Origin: a virus
Taxonomy: Duplodnaviria > Caudoviricetes
Strand: one strand, 5' to 3'
Length of the DNA: 29,003 nucleotides
IMG/VR virus record: IMGVR_UViG_3300027804_000175
Coordinates: 1-29,003 of that record
Part shown: positions 23,524 through 29,003 of the stretch, in pieces
Numbering within the stretch: position 1 is the stretch's first letter
How the letters are laid out: each line of letters begins with the position of its first letter
Notes under the pieces: model-generated
The model's input: the letters and a program-made list of their open reading frames with translations, nothing else
Databases searched by the model: none
Told to the model about the DNA's origin: nothing
Made by a program: the position numbers and the translations under genes

Positions 23524-24378
23524 TTAGCGGAATATGGATACGTTAATGTAATTGGAGTCAGCCAAACCACCTGCACCACCTTGTGACCAAATACGAATAC
23601 TTGAAGTCTGTGGTGTTGCTGTACCTGATGGTGGTTGAGTTAAAACTAGAGCCGCATTTCCTGAACCTAAACCAGCGGCTTGCCTTACAGAGCCAACAAC
23701 ACAATAATCTACATCTGGCATTGCAGTTGTAAATGTGATTGTGTAATCACCCGTAGCGTTTTTATATACTGTATCCACATTACCATCTCCACGAATAGTT
23801 TGGTTTGTAGATACAGTTCCTGTTCCATCAAAGGATACCCAAGCACGACATCCAAAAAGAGGTGCTGAACCAGATACAGTAGAAAATGGGGCAGAGTTAA
23901 TGCTTGGCGTTGTTAATGTTGGACTGGTCAATGTTTTATTGGTTAAAGTCTGTGTATCAGATGTTCCAACTACAGTTCCGCTAGGAGGCGTCTTAGTAGC
24001 CCATGTATCAAGGTCAGCATCCCAAGCCTGAACATTCGTTCCAATTACCAAACCAAGGTTAGTTCTTGCATTAGCGGCAGTAGAAGCACCAGTGCCACCA
24101 TCAGCAACAGCTAAATCCGTAATGCCTGTAATAGTACCCGCTGAAATAGTTGCAGTGCCTATTGTTGCCGTTGTAATTCCTGCTGTTGTAATTGTTGCTG
24201 TTGGGATGACTGCTGTTCCTGTAAAAGTAGGACTTGCTAGATCAGCTTTAGTAGCAATGGCGGTCTGAATATTATTGAACTCAGTATCAATCTCAGTACC
24301 CTTGACAATCTTTAAAGGATTACCAGAAGATAAAGAATCTTTAGTGGCAAAGTTAGTTGATTTTGTATAGTTTGACAT
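23524..24378 (-). CDS. Tail fibre/spike protein
   Basis: N-terminal anchor (EIDTEFNNIQTAI); Thr-rich 5-aa repeats; DGGTGASTAANARTNLGL; RAWVSFDG C-terminal domain. Confidence 0.8.
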   Translation of the reverse strand: MSNYTKSTNFATKDSLSSGNPLKIVKGTEIDTEFNNIQTAIATKADLASPTFTGTAVIPTATITTAGITTATIGTATISAGTITGITDLAVADGGTGASTAANARTNLGLVIGTNVQAWDADLDTWATKTPPSGTVVGTSDTQTLTNKTLTSPTLTTPSINSAPFSTVSGSAPLFGCRAWVSFDGTGTVSTNQTIRGDGNVDTVYKNATGDYTITFTTAMPDVDYCVVGSVRQAAGLGSGNAALVLTQPPSGTATPQTSSIRIWSQGGAGGLADSNYINVSIFR

Positions 24379-24388
24379 GGTTACCCCT

Positions 24389-25948
24389 TTAACTCAGTTT
24401 GCCATTTTTGGCTTGAATTTCAATCTTTTGAATAGACAAGGCAGAACCATTGATGTCTGTCTCATATCCTGTTTGAACAACTTTACCACTTCCCGATGCA
24501 GAAACAGTTAAAGTTTGCAATGCAACACCATCAGAGTATTGTGCAATTACAGTGGCATTAGCCCCATACTCAGCAATCCCATAATATGACTCGCCTTGAG
24601 TTGGAATTAAATCATCAGCAGACAAATAATTTGTCTTGAAGTCAAATCCCCACTTAAAGCTAACAGTCTGGTTTGTACCGCCAATAACAACAATAGACAA
24701 CTTCTTCAAAATAGAAGTTTGGTTCTGATTACCAAGGTCTGCATGGTTCGTGTAATACAACATACGATATGCAGATTGATAATCTTGATAGGTGTTATAC
24801 AAACCAACATAACCATTCTTGCCAATGTACAAAGTACCATTTCGCCTAGATAAAAATGCTGTTGGAGTGATTGAATCCCAAGTTGTTGCTCTAGCCGCAC
24901 CATCAGGCAAATAAGCCTTTGTATCAAAACAAAAAACAGCACCTATGGATGGTGTAGTCAACAAATAAAATGCTTCACGCTCAGAATAGACAGACTTAAT
25001 GTTTGCCAATGTCTCACCAGCAACAACAGACATTAAGTCATTGCGAATATTCTTAGACAAGTCTCTCTCAGGAGCAGACTTCTCTTGAATCGTTCTCATC
25101 AAAGAACGAACACCAGAATTGGACAAGAAAAGCACATCAGTGCTAGTTGTCTGAATGCTGTCTCGTGCAATGCAACCAATACCTTCAACAGTGTCACTCA
25201 GTGTCATAGTTGATGGAGCAGTAGCGCCAGCATAAACCAATATCTGACGCTTTCCAAAGATAAACAAGAAACCATTGTGAGCCGCTAAACCAGTAATCTG
25301 GTCAGCACCATTAGGCCAAACATTGTTTACATTCAAGCTACCAGCAGTGCCTGTAGACCATACATGACCTGAAATTAAGTCGCTGAAATAAACAGTAGAG
25401 TTGTTGGTTGTTGTATCTGCCGCCCACAAACGACCAAATGCCGAAATACAAATGTTTGCATCAGGAACAGTAGCCGCATAACCCGTCTTTTCGCTAACTC
25501 TACGATATGTTGTTGTGCTAACAGCAGGGTCATAGATCAAAGCATTATGACCAGACTGAAAGAAGTAAGTAATGCCATTCAAAGATGCACATTGCCAATT
25601 ACTTGCCGTAATGGTAGGCGCAGTACCACCCCCCCCATAGGTTAATTCAACAACAGCATTGCTTCCATCAAGTTTAAATAGCTTGTTGTTTCCAGCAAAT
25701 AATACAGTCAAAGTGCCATCAGCTTGGACTAACTCATGTATAACTGTTACATCATTATCGCCAAGATTACCGCTAGATGAGTTAACCCTCGACCAACCTT
25801 TGCGTGAACCCATGCGACCATACTGGTCAATAATGCAGTTTGTTGCAACCAAAGCAAATCCAGCCGCAAGATCAAGAGGCGAGTCTTGCGTATTCAGCCC
25901 ATAAAGTGCTGGCGCTGAAATGCTATAGGTTTGTATTTGTTGGCTCAT
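24389..25948 (-). CDS. Tail nozzle/DNA stabilisation protein (P22 gp10-like)
   Basis: 519 aa, beta-rich; GRLW, YFSD, IGCIARDSI, FLSNSGV; follows the adaptor. Confidence 0.8.
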   Translation of the reverse strand: MSQQIQTYSISAPALYGLNTQDSPLDLAAGFALVATNCIIDQYGRMGSRKGWSRVNSSSGNLGDNDVTVIHELVQADGTLTVLFAGNNKLFKLDGSNAVVELTYGGGGTAPTITASNWQCASLNGITYFFQSGHNALIYDPAVSTTTYRRVSEKTGYAATVPDANICISAFGRLWAADTTTNNSTVYFSDLISGHVWSTGTAGSLNVNNVWPNGADQITGLAAHNGFLFIFGKRQILVYAGATAPSTMTLSDTVEGIGCIARDSIQTTSTDVLFLSNSGVRSLMRTIQEKSAPERDLSKNIRNDLMSVVAGETLANIKSVYSEREAFYLLTTPSIGAVFCFDTKAYLPDGAARATTWDSITPTAFLSRRNGTLYIGKNGYVGLYNTYQDYQSAYRMLYYTNHADLGNQNQTSILKKLSIVVIGGTNQTVSFKWGFDFKTNYLSADDLIPTQGESYYGIAEYGANATVIAQYSDGVALQTLTVSASGSGKVVQTGYETDINGSALSIQKIEIQAKNGKLS

Positions 25949-26592
25949 ACTGCCACAAACTCCTGATTCTCAGGATAACGAGTGCCTTCTAAAGCAATGT
26001 AGTCAGACAACATGGATTTATACAACTGGTACGCTTCAGAAGAAGACAAACCACCATCTTCACCACGCTCTACCAATGCCCTAGCATAAGCATTCTGAAC
26101 CACTAAAACATCAGGAACAGCAACAACTGTTGCATCTGATGACAATGTGGCTTGTGGCACTGCAAGGCTAAAAGGAATGCTATACACACCATCAGGGCGT
26201 GGATACAAAGTTACCTTAGTGTCATAGCTACCATTTACGCCATCAAAACAAAATTCTGATGGGATGCCACTTACAGGAGTAGAGAAATTCTGCTTGCGAT
26301 TCATTGAAGCAAAATCGATATTCTTCATGCCAATGTTGCTTGTGGCATTGATAACATCAATGACTTGGAACTTTTGACCAGCCCCTGTCAAAGCATAAGA
26401 GTATGTGCCAGCAGTAGTAGACAGGGTAATAGTCGTGCCTAGAACATTCCAAGCATAAGCATCTTCAATTTGACGCTTGGCATCATTGACAAACTTACCT
26501 ATTAAAGTTGAATAAGTTGTTTCAGAAACAGTTGAGACTGTTGTCTCACGCAACCTAACTAATACGTCATTTACAAGTTCTAAATAGGTCAT
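25945..26592 (-). CDS. Head-tail adaptor/tail tubular protein A
   Basis: MTYLELVNDVLVRLRE start, LYPRPD; position. Confidence 0.8.
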   Translation of the reverse strand: MTYLELVNDVLVRLRETTVSTVSETTYSTLIGKFVNDAKRQIEDAYAWNVLGTTITLSTTAGTYSYALTGAGQKFQVIDVINATSNIGMKNIDFASMNRKQNFSTPVSGIPSEFCFDGVNGSYDTKVTLYPRPDGVYSIPFSLAVPQATLSSDATVVAVPDVLVVQNAYARALVERGEDGGLSSSEAYQLYKSMLSDYIALEGTRYPENQEFVAV

Positions 26593-26897
26593 CTGCTTCC
26601 AGCCTTTGCTTTGTTCCTTGCGGATATAGCTTTAGCTTTTGTCTTTGCGTCTTCCTTGGAGTTTGCACCCCAAGCCTTCAACGAAAGAAGCAGTCTTGTT
26701 GGTTCACCATTCTTGTACTCTGCACCAGCCATGTTGCCCATGCGAGCCAAGAAACTTGCTCTGCGAGGATTGTCCCCCGACTTTACTGGAGGTTTCAGAT
26801 TACCACCAGTTTCCGCATTATAAGATGATCTTCCCTTGGCATTCAAGCCGCCTTTTGGATTTTGACCAGCTTTTGTTTGCCAAGTTGGAGATTTCAT
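26589..26897 (-). CDS. Basic conserved phage protein (DUF6321-like)
   Basis: NPKGGLNAKGR, RRASFLARM, SLKAW. Confidence 0.75.
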   Translation of the reverse strand: MKSPTWQTKAGQNPKGGLNAKGRSSYNAETGGNLKPPVKSGDNPRRASFLARMGNMAGAEYKNGEPTRLLLSLKAWGANSKEDAKTKAKAISARNKAKAGSR

Positions 26898-27055
26898 CAC
26901 TTCACCTTTTTAGGCTTCTTTGCGGTCTTTGCCGCCTGTTTAAACGCTTCAGCAGTAGGCGCACCCTTGCTACCTACCTTACGCATCTTCTCGCCAGACC
27001 CCGCCTTGATTCGGGCTTGTTTGGCATTGATATTGGCGTAGAGTCCTTGCTTCAT
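26897..27055 (-). CDS. Small Lys-rich protein (52 aa, MKQGLYANINAK...)
   Basis: Hand-translated; overlaps couple it at both ends; absent from the ORF track. Confidence 0.75.
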   Translation of the reverse strand: MKQGLYANINAKQARIKAGSGEKMRKVGSKGAPTAEAFKQAAKTAKKPKKVK

Positions 27056-27219
27056 TTCATCTTCTTCTTAGGCTTGGACATTCCTGCCTCAGACAAAGCA
27101 ATCGCAACCGCCTGTTTTGGGTTCTTGACTACTTTGCCTCCCTTGCCTGAATGCAAAGTACCTTCCTTGAATTCACCCATGACTTTCTTGATTTTCTTCT
27201 GTGGTTTAGTCATCTTCAT
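27052..27219 (-). CDS. Small Lys-rich protein (55 aa, DUF6496-like)
   Basis: KVMGEFKEGTLHSG...KQAVAIALSEA; AAGGAG RBS. Confidence 0.8.
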   Translation of the reverse strand: MKMTKPQKKIKKVMGEFKEGTLHSGKGGKVVKNPKQAVAIALSEAGMSKPKKKMK

Positions 27220-27230
27220 AGGGTTTCTCC

Positions 27231-27515
27231 TTAGTACATGATCTTGGCTGTAATCGTACCTGTGACAAAAACTGTGCAGTTTGCTCGCAAATACTTAGGA
27301 GCATTAGCAACAGTAATGATGCCGTTAGCAGTCAAAGCAGTTCCAATGGTTGCCCAATTAGTGCCATCAAGACTACCTTGCAAAGCAACAGTGGCTGATG
27401 TAATACCTGAAACTTGCAAGAATGCTGGCTGACCAGAGTCAACTTGAACAGCTTTAGATTCACCTGTAGCGCCAACTGCGTTCAGGAGTGTGATAGGAGT
27501 GGTTAAAGATGCCAT
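27231..27515 (-). CDS. Small beta-rich putative virion protein
   Basis: 94 aa; LQGSLDGTNW...YLRA. Confidence 0.7.
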   Translation of the reverse strand: MASLTTPITLLNAVGATGESKAVQVDSGQPAFLQVSGITSATVALQGSLDGTNWATIGTALTANGIITVANAPKYLRANCTVFVTGTITAKIMY

Positions 27516-27700
27516 TATTTACCTCTTGAAGATTTCTTCATCATGTTGGTAGCAGTCCTACTACCCTTCATAGGCAGACCCTTTGGTTTGCCAATAGCTA
27601 CCATAACAGTCACGGGAATACCCTTTTTCTTTCCGTATTCTTTTGCTTCTTTTTCACCTTTTTCGGTGTATGGGAACTTCTTTTTTCCAACTGAAGGCAT
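27515..27700 (-). CDS. Small Lys-rich protein (MPSVGKKKFPY...)
   Basis: AAGGA RBS before ATG 27700. Confidence 0.75.
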   Translation of the reverse strand: MPSVGKKKFPYTEKGEKEAKEYGKKKGIPVTVMVAIGKPKGLPMKGSRTATNMMKKSSRGK

Positions 27701-27710
27701 AGTATTTTCC

Positions 27711-27914
27711 TTATTTCCAGAGTCGATCAGCAATAAAGGTAATGAAACCGCCCATAAATGAAGCGATTGTCATACCCATCCAAAAACCACCTTTGCCTTT
27801 GTTGGCAAGTTCAAGCAATGTTTTTACATCGTTACTAAGTGAGTGGACTTCCTTTTGTAGAGCCTCGACTTGAGCCTCTAACTTACCAAAGTCTCTTGCG
27901 TCAACTTCAGACAT
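27711..27914 (-). CDS. Coiled-coil plus C-terminal TM protein (XhlA/holin-like)
   Basis: 67 aa; heptad repeat then GGFWMGMTIA... Confidence 0.65.
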   Translation of the reverse strand: MSEVDARDFGKLEAQVEALQKEVHSLSNDVKTLLELANKGKGGFWMGMTIASFMGGFITFIADRLWK

Positions 27915-28125
27915 TTGCTACCTTTCTGGGTCTTCCCATGCGCTTAATTGATGGAATGACAGGCGCAAATGCGGTATCTGTTCTAGTCTCTGATTCTACA
28001 GATTCTATGGTTACTTCTGGTTCGTCTACTCTAACATAACCCTGATGACCCTTCATAGAGTCAATGTCATGTTGGAGGGTAAAAGTCACTGTATTACCCG
28101 ACTGAAGACAACGAAAAGTAGCCAT
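27907..28125 (-). CDS. Hypothetical protein with C-terminal GRPRK
   Basis: 72 aa; AAGGG RBS. Confidence 0.7.
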   Translation of the reverse strand: MATFRCLQSGNTVTFTLQHDIDSMKGHQGYVRVDEPEVTIESVESETRTDTAFAPVIPSIKRMGRPRKVANV

Positions 28126-28134
28126 AAAACCCTT

Positions 28135-28163
28135 TAAATGAGAAAGGGGGGACTAGCCCCCCT
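28135..28163 (-). terminator. Intrinsic terminator
   Basis: AGGGGGG-CTAGT-CCCCCCT then TTCTCATTT. Confidence 0.7.
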
Positions 28164-28167
28164 ATCC

Positions 28168-28491
28168 TTACACCATGCGAGCGATAACGATACGCAAAGT
28201 AGCCGAATCGAGATTTACTGTTGCCTCTGATTCGTTCTGAATGCGGAATTTAACAGTATTGGCGGCACTGACATAGCCAGTAACAGTCAATCCAACTAAA
28301 TCTACACCCAAAGATGCACCAATAACCATGTCACCCAAAGCGACACCAGCCACTGTTACATCATCTGTTTCACCAGCGCCGTTAACAAGTGAACCAGCGT
28401 CTAAGGTAGCTTTAACTACCCAAGTGTCGCTGAAAATGCCTCGGAACTGGTCATTACCACGGCGTGAAACTACTGCTGAAGCGGTTGCCAT
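28168..28491 (-). CDS. Probable capsid decoration/cement protein
   Basis: 107 aa, beta-rich, directly after the capsid gene; VTVAGVALGD, VSAANTV; AGGAG RBS. Confidence 0.65.
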   Translation of the reverse strand: MATASAVVSRRGNDQFRGIFSDTWVVKATLDAGSLVNGAGETDDVTVAGVALGDMVIGASLGVDLVGLTVTGYVSAANTVKFRIQNESEATVNLDSATLRIVIARMV

Positions 28492-28514
28492 TTTTGATTT
28501 CTCCTAATTAGATT

Positions 28515-28556
28515 AAAAAAAGTCCCCCTACCCCTATCGCTAGAAGTAGGAGGGAC
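28515..28556 (-). terminator. Intrinsic terminator after the capsid gene
   Basis: About 15-bp stem with GCGA tetraloop, then T7. Confidence 0.8.
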
Positions 28557-28564
28557 AACTGCAA

Positions 28565-29003
28565 TTAGCTAGGAACAACCAAAGCAAACATGGAAGAAGA
28601 CTTAGCCGCACCAGTTGAAGCGGCACTACGCAAGGCGGCTACGCCATACAGAGTGTCACTTGTGAACAAGGTGGCAAGGTATTCTTGCTTGTATTGCACT
28701 TGTGAGCGAACACCAACTTGCTCAACCAGAACCATAGAGTCCTTGTGACCCATCAAGCACACACGAGCAATGGCAGAGCCAGATGCAGGGTATGTAGATG
28801 TAGCAGATGCAGAGTCAGCATTGCTGGAAGTGAACACAGGGATACCATACAGGTTACCGATTTCACCATTGCGGATGGCATCACCATTACCGACAAATGC
28901 TTGTTCGGTGTAGCGAGCCAGACCCATCAGGGTGTTGCGGCTTGAGGGAGGAATCAGGAAGAAACGATTGTCCATAGGAGTATCGTTGTCATCCAAACGC
29001 TGA
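28565..29003 (-). CDS. Major capsid protein, C-terminal part (5' end outside the window)
   Basis: LDDNDTP..NR, NGEIGNLYGIPVF.S, DTLYGV HK97-fold motifs. Confidence 0.88.
   Translation of the reverse strand, partial: QRLDDNDTPMDNRFFLIPPSSRNTLMGLARYTEQAFVGNGDAIRNGEIGNLYGIPVFTSSNADSASATSTYPASGSAIARVCLMGHKDSMVLVEQVGVRSQVQYKQEYLATLFTSDTLYGVAALRSAASTGAAKSSSMFALVVPS

Noticed and set aside
23524-24378. Diversity-generating retroelement target in the tail fibre
   Set aside because: No reverse transcriptase and no template/variable repeat pair seen
1-29003. tRNA genes, integrase/att site, alternative genetic code
   Set aside because: No cloverleaf with a T-loop consensus noticed; no recombinase motifs; standard-code ORFs tile the genome

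Overview
Nearly complete (about 29 kb, circularly permuted) short-tailed, P22-like-architecture dsDNA phage genome. The host is probably a betaproteobacterium (inference). Minus-strand late genes: terS-HNH-terL-portal at the left; major capsid C-terminus, small basic proteins, tail adaptor/nozzle, tail fibre, three ejection proteins and the lysis module at the right. The middle holds a short rightward early operon, a leftward replication/resolvase operon, a divergent switch with a small RHH-like repressor, and a rightward recombination operon (Sak3-like, YqaJ exonuclease, SSB-like). No integrase, polymerase, helicase, tRNA or CRISPR array was seen. Main observations: (1) the early operon is preceded by a sigma54 -24/-12 promoter with three NtrC-type sites phased 31 bp apart, interleaved with an 8-copy operator and set in a dense array of host-regulator-like boxes; pho-box-like promoters also flank a phosphoesterase/acidic-protein module. 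(2) Free-standing homing endonucleases have inserted inside essential genes and supply replacement ends, leaving relics: a synonymously recoded terL N-terminus and old spanin C-termini. (3) Several promoter-driven, ORF-free, hairpin-rich candidate RNAs, including an attenuator with a 7-nt loop-bulge complement. (4) A probable ATT start codon, a dual-coded region and a very acidic DNA-mimic candidate. Product calls come from motif recognition and gene order only; no searches were run.
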